From the NCBI GenBank assembly GCA_964016885.1, contig OZ024743.1, positions 214,520,001-214,584,000 on the forward strand: 64,000 nt of DNA, read 5' to 3'. Below the pieces are notes generated by a model. It had not been told where the DNA came from, made no database searches, and was given only the letters and a program-made list of their open reading frames with translations. Every line of letters starts with the position of its first letter. Positions within the stretch are counted from its first letter, which is position 1. Positions 29,761-48,616 of the stretch are shown here, one piece after another. Source of the DNA: Eledone cirrhosa. Lineage: Eukaryota. A program made the position numbers and the translations under genes.

Positions 29761-30820
29761 ACAAGAACATTCTATAAAACTGAGGTAATAACTCCGCATA
29801 AAATGAATATAGAATGCACTAGTGATTTTCAGATATTAACTGATTTGAAATTATGTTTTCATACACCAATTTCACTATGGATTTTATATATTCATTTCCT
29901 GATTTGAATGTAGCATAGTAATAATTTTGTGAAAGTTCTTTTATTCTTACCTCCTTAATTCTTCCCACCAAAGCTTTCAGTTTGTCTTATAACTGTTCTA
30001 GTTACGTTTGTCATTTATAAAGTTTATATTATAATTAAATATGCACTGGCAGTTTGGGGTGGCTGAATGTCAACCGGGATGTTCTTGACTGGTTAAATGC
30101 TTCGTTTTTTGTACGGTATAATTTCTAACATATTCATTTCCACAATGTTTCCTGACATGATGCTATAACGCTAGCACCTACTGCAGTGTTCATTCACAAC
30201 ATATATTCACTCTACTTCTTCCGTCTGCTTTTTATCTGCGAAGGTCAGTCTTGCCTTTTGGGACAATTTTCAAGATTTTATTCTGACTTCATGCACCAGC
30301 TTATGTACCGAATGAAATTCAGGCTGCTCTAGATTTATGGATGCACTTGTAGGAGTACCTCGAGGGATAACCTTAAATAATTGTTTGTCTAAGGCGACCA
30401 TTTCTCATGTCAGAATATGAGTCACAGATTTTGTATGCCTTTATAGCGTTATGGACTACTGCCTTGATTTAAGCCATTTCTGTTTTATACACCTGGCACG
30501 ATGAGGATGCAATAAACTGAAGCGAATTCTAACCCTAACTTTAAATCCAAAGTGGATAAGGTCTTACATTTCAGAACCTTTAACATTTGTGCTACGTCGT
30601 TAAGAACTGAGAAATGGAGATGTCGGTCCTGAATGTTGCCACTGTAAGTTCCCATCGGAGTTTTGTTTCTTCTTCTGGTTTTCTTGCAATTTCTATAATT
30701 AGGTATTTACGAGGGAGTATGGGTGCCGTTAGAGAGAGCCACTTCGAATGTGTTTCGACATATTTTTCGCATTTGTATGCTTTCCAGAAGTTTTGTTTTC
30801 TTATGTTAAGAAATCCTTTT

Positions 30821-30919
<99 letters not shown>

Positions 30920-31071
30920 CTTTAGGTTTGTTGGTTCACCACTGGATAGAATTGGTCATTCCGTATAGTCAATCTTGCTGTAATATTGTGGAGGGTACTC
31001 AACGTAGTGCAGTTCACCCGTCTTCGTTCGTGTAGTTGGTGGTGCGAATACGCAGTTAATTATAAATAAAA

Positions 31072-31280
31072 TAACAGGAGGCTGGACTGGTGTAAATCCT
31101 TGAAAGGTTTATTACACTATGATCATTTCAATTACCGGGTTCCATATGAATCCGGTGATATCATCAGGTATTGGAATATAACAAAGGAATATGTAAAAAA
31201 ACCATGGGTCCACAAAATCAGAGACAGAGACAAAGAGGACGACTGACCAACTAGCTGCCTTCACCTCAGCCAGTCGCCCT
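31072..31280 (-). repeat. Single diverged copy of the 17842 palindrome arm with hammerhead 31114-31171 (-); GC-richer element sequence may continue to ~32460
   Basis: ACAGGAGGCTGG...GATCATTTCAAT.ACCGGGTTCC..ATGAATCCGGTGATATCATCAGGTATT...CAGCCAGTCGC matches 17850-18052. Confidence 0.8.
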
Positions 31281-32559
31281 CAAAGTGATGGCATCTGAAT
31301 CTACTAATGACCATCTGGTGAGGGGGCGAACGCTTATAATACACTACCATCTCGCCGTCAAAGAAAAAGGGGGAAAAAGAAGGGGAAAAGGGAAAGAAAG
31401 GAAGAAAGAAAAAAAAAGGAAGAAAAAAGTCAGCGTAAGGGTCACACTATATTCATGGTAGAAAATGCCGCAAAAAATGCTACTCCAAAGAATCTATATT
31501 TAACAAAGGCATATATAATGGGTGTCTGTATGGTCTAATGTGTGAACCGAAAATTGGAGCGTTAAACTTATGCTACGAGTTATAGGATGAATTAAATTAA
31601 ATTAAAAAATATTAAATTCCAAAATGATAAATTGAAAAATAAATTATTAGAAAATTAAAGGTTAAGGTAGCGAGATTTATTTAATAAACTTACAGAGAGA
31701 GTCTTATATGAAAAAATTAATCTCGATAAGATATCAGGATGGGATATAGAGTAAAGATTTCGATAGTGAGACCCCCCCCCCCCCACCACCACCACCCATG
31801 AGTCAGCCAGTTTCGAATGGTATCGTCCAGCGAAAGAAATGGAAATTAATTTTTCCGAGTACTCTAGGAACGTAGCTACTTTTGGCCCCGGGGACGCTTG
31901 CGGAATGTCTACATTTTCGACAGGCCATCGTCTATACGAAACGAATATTATTAATTCACACATGAGGGGTTTATTTACGTGCCAGTAGAGACATGATACA
32001 GCTAATAGTTATGCCTAAACCTGGAGTTTATAGGTATAAGTATAATATGGCGGCCAAAACAGGCGGCGCGGTGGGACCGGGGCAAAGCAAGTCACTCCGA
32101 GTAATTTCGTTTACCGAAAGAAGGGAGATTTATTTTTCGGAGCATTCAAGGAAGGCTGAACTTTCCGAGTGCCCAGCGCGCAGCCGGGAAAATCCACCAC
32201 ATAAATCGAAGCTACCACCCAATGAAAAGTGCAAATAGACCATAACTATTTTAAAGTCCCAGTTCGTCCGGGTTATAAGTAGTGTAGTTCTTTGGTGGGT
32301 AGGGGGCTATGAAAGGTGCATAATGTCCTGAGTAAGGAAAGTTACAAAAAAATAATAAAAGCAGGGTACAAAGATAAAATACAAATATAAAGATAAAATA
32401 CAAAGATAAAGAATACATTGATAAAAATACATTAATAAATTAATCAAAAAATTAATAAAAGTAAATAACTAGGTATGTAGAAAGACGGAAGTATATAAGA
32501 ACGTATCGGAGGAATCACAGTGTAGGGGAAATACAATATAGATCAAGTTGTAGTAAGAT

Positions 32560-33095
32560 AATTGTTTCTACTTTAGGCACACGGCCAGCAATTAACCAGT
32601 TCATTACTGGTACTTTATTTTATTGACCCCGTAAGGATGAAAGGCAAAGTCAACCTCGGCGGGATTTGAACTCAGATCGTAAAGGGACGTAACTCTGCTG
32701 GAAAGCATGGCGTCCGACCCTCTACCGATACTGCCAATCCACCGATTTGTAGTAAGATAATACAGGTTGTACATATAGATATAGAGGATAGAAGAGATGG
32801 AATGGTAATATATATATATAGAGAGAGAGAGTAAGAGAGAGAGAGGGGCACAGAGAGTGATAGAGAGAAGTTGTGAGGTAGGTATATTGTATTGGTTTCT
32901 TATATAGGCACAAGGCCAGACATTTTTGGGGAGGAGAAAGTCGATTAAATCGATCCCAGTGCGTGACTGGTACTTTAATTTATCGCCCCCTTATGGATGA
33001 AACGCAAAGTTTAACCTCGGCGAGATTTAAACTCAGATCATAAAGGGCTGTAACTCTATGCTGCAAAGCATGGCGTCCGATCCTCTACCGATACT
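32560..33095 (-). mobile_element. Two tandem octopus-type tRNA-derived SINE copies (32560-32745, 32895-33095); further fragments at 35545-35640, 45648-45725, 55525-55660, 55705-55750
   Basis: Shared TAGGCACAAGGCCAG...GGTACTTTATTTTAT.GACCCC..AAGGATGAAAGGCAAAG...CCTCGGCG.GATTT.AACTCAG; B-box GAGTTCAAATC on the minus strand. Confidence 0.75.
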
Positions 33096-34284
33096 GAACG
33101 CTACAATCAATCAGGCAAGGGATACTAGTCGTTAATCTGATGCGCCGTTGTCAAACGGGAACACAGTGTGTGAATATTTTTACATGCATTCCTCTATTAC
33201 GTCTTCCAGAATTCATTTTCCAAAGGAAATATGTATTCACTTATCAACTACTGAATCTCAATTAATGAATATATAGATACGTGAAGTATGCACTTCACAT
33301 GATAAATGACCGTATATGCTATTGACTGACATAAAATGTTAAAAAAGATACTGCATGCGAGAAATTCTTGTCTTTTCATAAATTATCCCCACTATAAAAG
33401 AGCCCTCATAACGTGGATAGCGGATGAGACTACATTATAATCCCGTACATGCCTTCAAAAATATATATTTTTTTAACATATAGATTTTTTGTCAAGCTGA
33501 CTGAAGAGTAAATAATCAATGAACACAGATATATATGAGACAATATTTTGTCTCATCGTCTTGTATGCTTTATACAATGAAACAGGATACTCGTTGTACA
33601 ACTTAATGATATAGTTTACTGTATAACTTTATTCTACTAGCTCTACCCAAAGAAAGCAATTATTAGCTGAAAACTGATTCTACACAAAATCATTTTATCA
33701 GGATGCTGCAGTTTAACGATATATTATACCTCGTATCATACATCATAAGGAATTATTAAAAATGAAGAATGAAAAAAAAAACACACATGATCTCAGAATC
33801 TAATAAATATTGTCCAGTGTTATGAAACATAACAAAATTCTCATCTTGGTGATTTACTAAAAAATCAAAATAGAAAGAAAATAACTAAGAAATGCTGATT
33901 GAAATTCACTATATCGAAAGGCAATTCATTTCGCTTCAGTTAATAATAAAAATCAACATTGTTGGATGTTAGTGAAAATAAAAATACCCAAATTAACAAA
34001 ATCTGAATCGCTCTAGGGTCTGGAGAAATGAATATGTTATATTATGCCAACTGAACTGTTTCGATCATAAAAATTAATTAATATTTTTCAAATATTATAG
34101 AGAAAGATTGAAAGTGAATGCAAATTTTATTTGAATGTTTGTTTCCTTGTTTATTGCAGGTTAACTTTAAATAATATTTAAATTGATAATGTTCTCTTTT
34201 CATATATTGCTCAGAAAGTTTCATAAACATTTTTAAAATTACAGATTGTTCAATATATCTATATATCTATATATATCTATACAT

Positions 34285-34368
<84 letters not shown>

Positions 34369-34453
34369 TTGCGTGCGTGTCTGTGTGTCTATGTGTGTGT
34401 GTGTGTGTGTGTGTGCTTGTGTGTATGTAGGTATACATGTATATATATGTGTG

Positions 34454-34500
<47 letters not shown>

Positions 34501-34962
34501 GCTTGCTTATCTATTTAACTAAAATAAATGAAATACGTTATTAAAAGTCGAATTACCATAAATCACACATTGGAATTTCAATTAAGAAATATGTTTAGAA
34601 GTAATATACATTGAGTTTAAACGATTTCGCCACCTAACTCCTGATTTATAGGACTCTATGTAATTTTATCTATGGAAAGAATTGTAACAGTACCTGCCCT
34701 GGGGAATATATTATAAATCATCATTCATGCAATGATGTAGAAGTAAACCTTTAACATTATCCAATATATATATATATATATTAATGTTACACGTTAATAC
34801 ATAGAAAACATTATGCAGAAACATACTAACGACGCATGCGTTAAACTAATATATGTATATATATGTGTGTGTGTGTGTGTATGTGTGTTAATTGTAGTGT
34901 ATTGTTTATCTTGTTTTCTGTTTATTTTCCGTACACACACACACACACACATGATGCCCCCC

Positions 34963-35050
<88 letters not shown>

Positions 35051-35093
35051 AGGGTGTGTGTGGGTGTACGTATTTTTAAGGCTAAACATTGAG

Positions 35094-35143
35094 TCTTCCT
35101 ACGCTGGAGTTTCGCCTGTTTATCATAGGTTCATCAGAAAAGA
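35094..35143 (-). ncRNA. Type I hammerhead motif
   Basis: TCTTTT CTGATGA A CCT..AGG C GAAAC tccagc GTA GGAAGA. Confidence 0.55.
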
Positions 35144-35169
35144 AATAATGTTTCAATAGCAGACACAGT

Positions 35170-35451
35170 GTAAATAAAGGAATCTATAATAAAGATGCCT
35201 ATACTCTATTAACATATTCTGTGCCCTCTTTAGTTGTGCTTAACTCCCGACACAATTCGGCAATCTACTTATATATATGGGAAAAGAGTCAGGACCCCGG
35301 CGGCTGAGTTCCGGGCGTTTCAATACCTAGATCCAAACTATGCCAGCAGTATTAGAATCATTAGGATTGTTATGGTTGATTGTGTCAAGTTCAATAGATG
35401 TAACTTCTAATTGAATACCTGTAAAATATAAAACAATAAGAAACCAATACT

Positions 35452-35493
<42 letters not shown>

Positions 35494-36255
35494 TTAAACA
35501 GATTAGTTATATAAAATATGTATACCACAGGTTGCTGTAAATAACACTTTGCCTTTCATCCTTACGAGGTCGATAAAATAAAGTACCAGTAATGCACTGG
35601 TGATATTGCTGGCCTTGTGCCTAAAGTAGAAACAAGTATTAGAACGGCGGGAATCTAGCTAGACTTATCAAGAGGTGCAATCCATATATGGGCATGCAGT
35701 CAAAAGAAAAAAAAAGCAGAAATATCAAAGCAAATAATCCTGAAAATGTTGTTGTTTTTCTTGTCTGTCACGGGGAATGGTCAATGATCTGGGATGTCAT
35801 GTACATGATTAAATTTCTTCATAGCGGCTGGGGGCTGAACTGGCCGTACTGGCTTGGCACCCACAGGTTAGACTGTCCTCTTACACCCTCCACTTTGTTC
35901 TTCTGACCAGTCTCCCCCCAGCCGCTATGAAGGATGTTAACCATGTACATGACATCCCACATTATTGACCACTCGCCGTGACAGACAAGGAAAACAACAA
36001 ATTGTTACGATTATTTGCTTTGATATTTCTGCTTTTTGTTTGTTTTGACTGCATGCCCATATATTGACTGCACCCCTTGATAAGTTCAGCTAGATTTCCG
36101 CCGTTCTGGGTTAGTTCGGATCTAGCTGTCGAAACGGCCGGAGCTCAGCCGTCGGTGTTCTGACTCTTTTTCTATTACCAACTCTACTACCCTAAGTATC
36201 AAGTAACCTGGTGCCTTATGTTCCACCTGGTAGCTTACCACACCTTCTTTGTTAT
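35170..36255. repeat. Interrupted inverted repeat (left 35170-35843 with ~300 bp insert, right 35907-36255) with hammerhead 36071-36157 (+, U3-A8)
   Basis: 35641-35843 pairs with 35907-36107 and 35170-35340 with 36112-36255. Motif CACCCC TTGATAA G..CAGCTAGATTT/GGATCTAGCTG..C GAAA CGGC cgGAGCTCa GCCG T C GGTG. Confidence 0.78.
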
Positions 36256-36584
36256 ATATGTATATATATATATATATATGTGTGGGTGTGTGCAAAATTG
36301 AGTGGAGATTGTCGTTTTCCTGTTTTGTAAGTAGCTATACGTTATTGTAAAGTAAAGTCGACGCACTTAACAAAACGGAAAAATAGCGCTTACCATATAG
36401 TTTTGCTTAACATATTCGGAGTCTTATATAATAAATACTTGATTGATGTTCATCACCTACAATGATATATACGTAGTTCCAATGAGTAATCAACGTAGAA
36501 ATACAAAGAGAGCTCGATAAGAATAAAGAATAAATATATATCAAATATATAAGAACCCTAGAGCAAATATTTATTGAAATAACA

Positions 36585-37028
36585 CAATAAAGTTTAAACA
36601 AAGAATGGCTGCTCTCACCCTTAACGGGATCTTCTGAAACTAAAAAAAATGAAAACCACGTTGATGGTATAAATAGTGTCATTAAACTAATATTCTATTT
36701 AGGAGCCCGAATGATTCTCCGCTTCGGAGTTAAGAAATAAGTTGAACGAAAATAAAATAGAATATTAGTCTAATGACTCCATTTATACCATAAACGTGAT
36801 TTTGTCTTTGCGTGTAACTATTCTCCCGTTCCAGATAACAACGTATCATTTTCGCTTTGTTCCGTTCATTGCCAGGGAGCGTCTTCACGAACCAAAGTAT
36901 CGTCTTCCTGTTTTCCTTTGGTTGCAACGTTTTTCGACATATTTACTTCTGTGTTCACAGATTTATCTTTTTTAGTTTCAGAAGATCCCGTTAAGGGTGA
37001 CAGCAGCGATTCTTTGCTAAACTTTAAT
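36585..37028. repeat. Inverted repeat, ~65-bp arms with ~310-bp spacer
   Basis: CACCCTTAACGGGATCTTCTGAAACTAAAAAA (36616-) versus TTTTTTAGTTTCAGAAGATCCCGTTAAGGGTG (36968-). Confidence 0.8.
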
Positions 37029-37064
37029 CTGTCATTTTAATAAATACACACACACACACGCACG

Positions 37065-37113
<49 letters not shown>

Positions 37114-37167
37114 ATACACACACACACACACATATATATATATATGTATATATACATATATATATAT

Positions 37168-37366
37168 GAGGAAAAGAAATCGAAAATTCAACTGGAGTCT
37201 GCTTAAGCATATATATTTGTTTCTTTATCGATGTCACAGTTCGAGTAAAACCACAAAACCACCATCTCATTCTACCTTTGAAAAGCCAAAGAACTTTGAA
37301 ACCGGTAAAAGAAATAAATAAATATTATTAAACAGACTCCAGTTGCATTTTCGATTTCTTTCCTTA
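37168..37366. repeat. Short inverted repeat enclosing a decayed U3-A8 hammerhead-like motif (37278-37310)
   Basis: AGGAAAAGAAATCGAAAATTCAACTGGAGTCTG versus CAGACTCCAGTTGCATTTTCGATTTCTTTCCT; TTGAAAA...GAAACCGGTA between them. Confidence 0.6.
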
Positions 37367-37519
37367 TATTTTCATTTGTGTAGGACATCTAATTGTTTTA
37401 TTTAAAAAAAAAGAATTTTCTTATTTATATCCTCTTTCCAATCTGGATTAACTCTAATTAATCCTCGCTCAGCGGCATGTTCTTTCCCGCCTATTGGATA
37501 ACAGACACTAGATCTGATT

Positions 37520-37740
37520 GGAGGCATATCTGGAGCTTGGAATCATCTACGAAGATTCTTATGCTGCTGAGCATGATGATGTCAGTCATGTCATTAATAT
37601 AGATTAATGAAAATAAGTGGGCCCAACAGAGTGACTTGTGGGAACCAATACTGGCTGGGCTGGATTTTACTCCTTCGACTACATGTTGGACTCTGTTTGA
37701 CAGGAATCACGTGATCCACTCCAAATAATTTGGAGATAAA
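37520..37740 (-). pseudogene. Old CR1/Jockey-type RT fragment
   Basis: Homologous to 40990-41250 (QHVVEGVKSSPA..VPQ..LLGP.LF...INDMTDII..DDSKLQ). Confidence 0.7.
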
Positions 37741-38224
37741 TATTGAGAATTAGTATGTGAAAATCTTAGTAAGTAAGTGAAAATCTTAGTAAGTTAATTT
37801 TAAAATGTTCTTATTTTACGTCTTTCATATAATTGTTCTGCATCCCCTTGCATAGAACCACAAAGGTACTAAGACATAACATATATATTTGCTAGCATGG
37901 TTAAACATCTGTATACATATGTTGGTAGATATACTAATTCTCTATATTTATCTCCAAATTATTTGTTAAGCAAAAATTGCCGAAATTACTACTATGGCTC
38001 ATGGTAGTAGTTAGGCTCTTGTCTTAATACCACTCCACTCCTCACTGATTAACCTCAGTGTCACGTGATTGATTCTTTAGAATTTGCCACTGACCAAGTA
38101 GGCAGTGAATTTTTTTCAGTGCCCTGGAATCTAGTCCCCGCCAGCTTTTTTCCATCCACTGAATTATTATTTTTATATGGGTCCCTAGTGTCCGCGCATT
38201 GCCTGGGAACTTAGCTGAGAATAG

Positions 38225-38306
38225 ACTCCCTGATGACGTAAGAATTTCTCTATTGTTACGTTGCATAACTATATTTATTCCCTTACAGAAACTAATAAGT
38301 TGGAGT
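38225..38306 (+). ncRNA. Type I hammerhead motif with long helix II insertion
   Basis: ACTCC CTGATGA C GTAAG...CTTAC A GAAA CT aata AG T T GGAGT; perfect 5-bp helix I. Followed by a ~60-bp block also present at 37778-37830. Confidence 0.68.
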
Positions 38307-38365
38307 GAAAATCTTAGTAAGTAAATTAATTTTGAATTTTAAAATTTTCTAATTTTACGACTTTC

Positions 38366-38513
<148 letters not shown>

Positions 38514-38776
38514 ATATATATATATATATATATGTGTATATATATATGTATATATATATGTACATATATATGTATATATATATATATATTTATATATGTA
38601 TGTATATATATATACATGTATATGTATATATTCATGTATATATATATGTGTATATATATATGTATATATATATATGTATATATATATGTAGGAGGTGAGT
38701 TTTATTGTAGTACAATAAAGCAATGCAGATATCGGATAAGAAGCACTCTACAGTTTGTAGGACTGGAGTATGCATA

Positions 38777-39088
38777 ATATAAGATCAAAAGATGGTTAAA
38801 GGAGTTCCATATATTTTATTATGCGCATTTCAAAAACAAACATCATCATGCGATAATATTTGTGTTTTCATCAGATAAAACAGGAGAACATGATATGAAG
38901 GCTAAAAAACACTTGTGGATAGTGCAGTTATATGTGATTTAAAACTGCACTATCCACAAGTGTTTTTTAGCCTTCATATCATGTTCTCCTGTTTTATCTG
39001 ATGAAAACACAAATATTATTGCATGGTGATGTTTGTTTTTGAAATGCGCATAATAAAATATATGGAACTCCTTTAACCATCTTTTGAT

Positions 39089-39095
<7 letters not shown>
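38777..39095. repeat. Near-perfect 319-bp palindrome carrying hammerheads at 38992-39058 (+) and 38814-38880 (-)
   Basis: Arms ~153 bp, ~12-nt spacer. Motif TTTTAT CTGATGA AAACACAAATATTA..TGATGTTTGTTTTT GAAA TGCGCA T A ATAAAA. Confidence 0.92.
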
Positions 39096-39169
<74 letters not shown>

Positions 39170-39330
39170 TTAAGGATACTATTTAAGGTTATGTATATAC
39201 TAAAACCTTTTTATAGTTATATATATGTTCAACCCTAAACAGTGAAAGACAGTAATTTATTACTACCTTATTACCAGTAAGATAAATAGCTCAATGTAAT
39301 AACATCAGTTGTTCTACAGAGCAGTTATAT

Positions 39331-39934
39331 AGAATTCACCGGAATCAAAGTTATGTTCAAACCATTTATTAGCTTACAATTGTTTCATCCAAAACGAGGC
39401 TTGGCGTCTTCGAAGCATTTTTCAATGTTTGTATACATACATGACCTCCTTTCCAACGCAAGAGACATACAGATACATATGTATATATTGATGCACGGGT
39501 GGGTGACATATACTATATTATTTCTGAATGGCAATTTAAATTCAAAAATTAAAATCATATTAAAACAGAGTCAAAGCAAAATTAAAATTAAAATTAAAAT
39601 ACAACATCGGCAGTTAACGTGGATAATGTAATATAACGTAGATAACGTTAACTGCCGATGTTGTATTTTAATTTTAATTTTAATTTTGCTTTGATTCTGT
39701 TTTAATATGATTTTAATTTTTGAATTTAAATTGCCATTCAGAAATAATATAATATATGTCACCCCACTGTGCATCAATATATACATATGTATCGGTATGA
39801 CTCTTGCGTTGGAAAGGAGGTCATGTATGTATACAAACATTGAAAAATGCTCCGAAAACTCCAACCCTCGGTTTGGATGAAACAATTGTAAGCTAATAAA
39901 TGGTTTGAACATAACTTTGATTCCTGTAAATTCT
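39331..39934. repeat. ~600-bp palindrome with degenerate hammerheads at 39372-39416 (-) and 39849-39893 (+)
   Basis: Arms ~290 bp, spacer ~25 nt. GCT (T/C)CGAA(G/A)A C.CCAA..TTGGA T GAAA CAATTG T A AGC. Confidence 0.9.
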
Positions 39935-39942
39935 CGCTCTCT

Positions 39943-44270
<4,328 letters not shown>

Positions 44271-44334
44271 ATATATATATTTTTTTTTTAAAATTATTAT
44301 CCTTGTGTGCGTTTTAAGATATTTGTCATTTGAT

Positions 44335-44905
44335 ACGTGAGTGAGACTTCGGTTATTTGAAGAAATTAAAGAATCGCGTATATATATATATATTCTCTCT
44401 TATGGATGTGAGTTTGGTTGTTTGACGATGTTAATAGTTTTGGGTTATTTGGTTGTTTGAAGATATCCAAGGAAATACGAGTGTATATAATATTATTTGA
44501 AAAAACGGGTGTATATAATATTATTTGAAGAAATTAAAGAATCGTGTATATATATATATATATTCTCTCTTATGGATGTGAGTTTGGTTGTTTGAGGATG
44601 TTAATAGTTTTTGGTTATTTGGTTGTTTGAAGATATCCAAGGAAAAACGAGTATATATAATAGTTTGTAGTTAAGAAGACTTACTTGCGAGTTTGTAGGG
44701 ACAGCACGGGTATTTGTATATACTTTTTTTCCTTATGTGAGTGAGCCTTTGGTTATTTGAAGATATTAAGAGAGCCTATATATTTAGATGTGTATTCTCT
44801 ATTATGGATGTGAGATTTGGTTATTTGGTTGTTTGAAGATATTAAGAGAAAAACGAATGTAGTTAAGAAAAGGTACTTACTTACGAGTTGGTAGGAAAAG
44901 CACGT
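44335..44905. repeat. Degenerate ~170-bp tandem repeats at the LINE 5' end
   Basis: TTATTTGAAGA.ATTAA.G...TTCTCT.TTATGGATGTGAG.TT.G...GGTTATTTGGTTGTTTGAAGATAT repeated at ~44353, 44521 and 44753. Confidence 0.8.
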
Positions 44906-45118
44906 GGTTACCGGTATACATACACAAATATATGTTCGGTCAAATAGGCTTTAAAGCTGGGTAGCTGGCTACTGACTTGGTAGAGAGAAATATAAACATG
45001 GCTGTTCACTTCAACAGTCCAAACATGATATTGGCAACATAACCCTCCCAAAGCCTAATAATATCGGTTTCAACACACGTGTTCAGATAAATAATCTATC
45101 TATCTATCTATCTATATA

Positions 45119-45857
<739 letters not shown>

Positions 45858-46032
45858 TTCCAGCTCTGCGCACCTAACCTCTGCATGAACCCAGCAAGCT
45901 AGCTGCTTTCTACTGCATATTGCACATTGAGCGCATGCCTTTACGCTTTGGCTTCTAACTAACTCACCAATCTTTCCTCTCATATCTCCTCTACTATCTC
46001 AATCTCTCTCTTTAAGATAGGTTACTCTTGAA

Positions 46033-46133
<101 letters not shown>

Positions 46134-46348
46134 TATATACATACATATATATATATATACATATATATATATGTGTGTCCCAAGGCTCTGAAACCATAAA
46201 GACTATAAACACAGAGCTGGCATATCTAAGATCTGACTAAGTACCTGATGAGGTCAAGCCATTCAATATCTATCATCGATATATATATGCACCAGTAAAT
46301 AAAGGATTACGAGTTCATGCAATTGACTTATGTTTCGTCACTATATAC

Positions 46349-46388
<40 letters not shown>

Positions 46389-46391
46389 GGA

Positions 46392-47140
46392 AAAATGAAA
46401 CGAAATTTCATGTCCCACTCTTAGTACGGCTGTTACTTAAATATAAGTATGTATGCGTACATACATATATATATATATATGTATACAGACGTACAGTAGT
46501 ATGTATATATATATACATACACGCACACACATATATATACGTACGTATGGATTCACGAAACATTTATTGTAATCCTCGGTGAGTTTGTAAACAAAAATCC
46601 CGTATTAAGCCGCAGTGTCTAGCAACCACCGTTGCTCGTTTGTTCAACACTGACAAAGGAACGCTGTACTAGTTTCAAGCTTGTTAGCTATCGTCAGCAA
46701 CGTATACCTTTGTGCCAGATTGTTGAACGTCCGAAAGTATAAATTTTCCGTATGCATATTAACGGCTGAGCAGCCCAATTTGCATATCGAGTGGGTTAAT
46801 CGGCCGGGTGCACCGAAAACGATAAGCGGTAAAATGAAACGAAATTTCATTTCCCACTTTTAGTACGGCTGTTACTTAAATATAAGTATGTATACGTACA
46901 TACATATATGTATACAGACGTACAGTAGTATGCATATATATATATACATACATGCACACATATATATATGTACGTATGGATTCACCAAACATTTATTATA
47001 ATGCTCGGTGTGTTTGTAAACAAACATCCCGTATTAAGCCGCAGTGTCTAGCAACCACCGTTGCTCGTTGGTTCAACACTGACAAAGGGAGGGTGTACTA
47101 GTTTCAAGGTTGTTAGCTATCGTCAGCAACGTATACCTTC
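46392..47140. repeat. Head-to-tail duplication, 439-bp unit, 1.7 copies
   Basis: AAAATGAAACGAAATTTCAT.TCCCACT at 46392 and 46831; homology runs to CAACGTATACCTT (46710 / 47139). Confidence 0.9.
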
Positions 47141-47184
47141 CGGTTGGTTGGTTGGTTTCATAACCGGACGATTGTTCATATATT

Positions 47185-47227
47185 GTCAAAGTTCTTTCGT
47201 CTCACATTATGTGACCTCTTCAGTGTC
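47185..47227 (-). ncRNA. Minimal hammerhead motif
   Basis: GACA CTGAAGA GG TCACA TAA TGTGA GA C GAAA GAAC T T TGAC. A related half-motif lies at ~22098-22128. Confidence 0.55.
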
Positions 47228-47644
47228 TGGGGTTTCTTTTCTTTGTTGTGTGCCTCTCCTTTGTTCTTTCCTACGCCATCTTGTTTTGTGTGTGTTGTGC
47301 GCTTAGTTTGCGCATGTGTTACATCCGGGTGGCTGTGTGTGTTTTAATGTGCTTATTTATTTTTTAATGTACATGTTACTAGTTAGTTGTTTGTTCTATG
47401 TGTGTGTGTGTTTTAATTTTGTCCTTAATTGTGAGTTGTGATGTTGCTATTCTATTCATGTTTTCTATTTAATTTTGGTTGGAGCTCATTTATGTTTATT
47501 GCCTCTGTGATTTGTCTAAATATTGCGTCTTTTCTGTGAAATCTATAAATTCTTAAATTTATGAATTTAATTCATAATAAATTGTAGTGAACGCAATGGT
47601 GCGTGTGTTTCTTATTGGCCACATGACCCTCCCAAAGCATAACA

Positions 47645-47715
<71 letters not shown>

Positions 47716-47724
47716 ATAGCATAT

Positions 47725-48570
47725 CTTTATACAATATGTATAAATAGTTCGTATCTTCTAAGAAATAAGATTTTAGGAAGCCGTAGCTATGCAAACACCG
47801 GGAGCTAGTGCCTTCTGGTGACGTCCAGCAGAAGCAAGGGGGACAAACGTCTATGCATTTTAGGCTTAACTCGTTCTTCAGGACGGTCCCTCCCACCGCT
47901 TGCAACCGCTGGACTAGAAAACAGGTGAGAATGTATAGTTTTCTCGTCTGTGTAAATGTGGTGATTAATCTCATTTGCATATGAAGCTGCATAAATTGGC
48001 TCAACTTATAATAAAAAAGAAATAGGATTTCGCTTCAAACATAGTTTAATACAATATGTATAAATATTTCGTATTTCCAAAGAAATACGGTTTTAGGAAG
48101 CCGTGTCTATGCAAACTCCGGGGAGCTATCTCCTTTTTTATTATAATTTCTCTTATAAGTTGAGCCACCTTATGCATCTTCATATGCAAATGAGATTAAT
48201 CACCTCATTTACACAGACAAGAAAAGTATATATTCTCGTCTTCTAGTCCGTTAGTCGCAAGCGGTGGGAGAGACCGTCCTAACGAAGGCCAGTTAATCCT
48301 AAATGCATAGACGGTTGTCCCCCTTGCTTCTGCTGGACATCACCAGAGGGCGTTAGCCCCTCGGTGTTTGCATAGCTACGGCTTCCTAAAACCCTAATTC
48401 CTTGGAAATACGAAATATGTGTACATATTGTATGAAGCTATGCTTGAAGCGAAATCCTATTTCTTTTTTATTATAAGTTGAGCCAACTTATGCAGCTTCA
48501 TATGCAAATTAGATTAATCACCTCATTTGCACAGACGAGAAAAGTATGTTTTCCCGCCTGTCTTCTAGTC
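47725..48570. repeat. Mixed tandem + inverted array of a ~325-bp unit (forward 47725-48127, reverse 48132-48570)
   Basis: TTTTAGGAAGCCGT..CTATGCAAAC repeated at 47771 and 48091. Reverse-complement copies at 48132-48455 and 48460-48570. Confidence 0.85.
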
Positions 48571-48616
48571 CAAAAATTCTTTCCAAGCAATATAAGGAAC
48601 ACTTGTGATTATTTAT

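Noticed and set aside
46241-46300. Isolated CTGATGA motifs (also 45426) and weak hammerhead-like strings at ~6390, 15790, 18470, 36707 and 47815
   Set aside because: Missing GAAA or helix partners, or several non-compensated core changes; at best decayed remnants.
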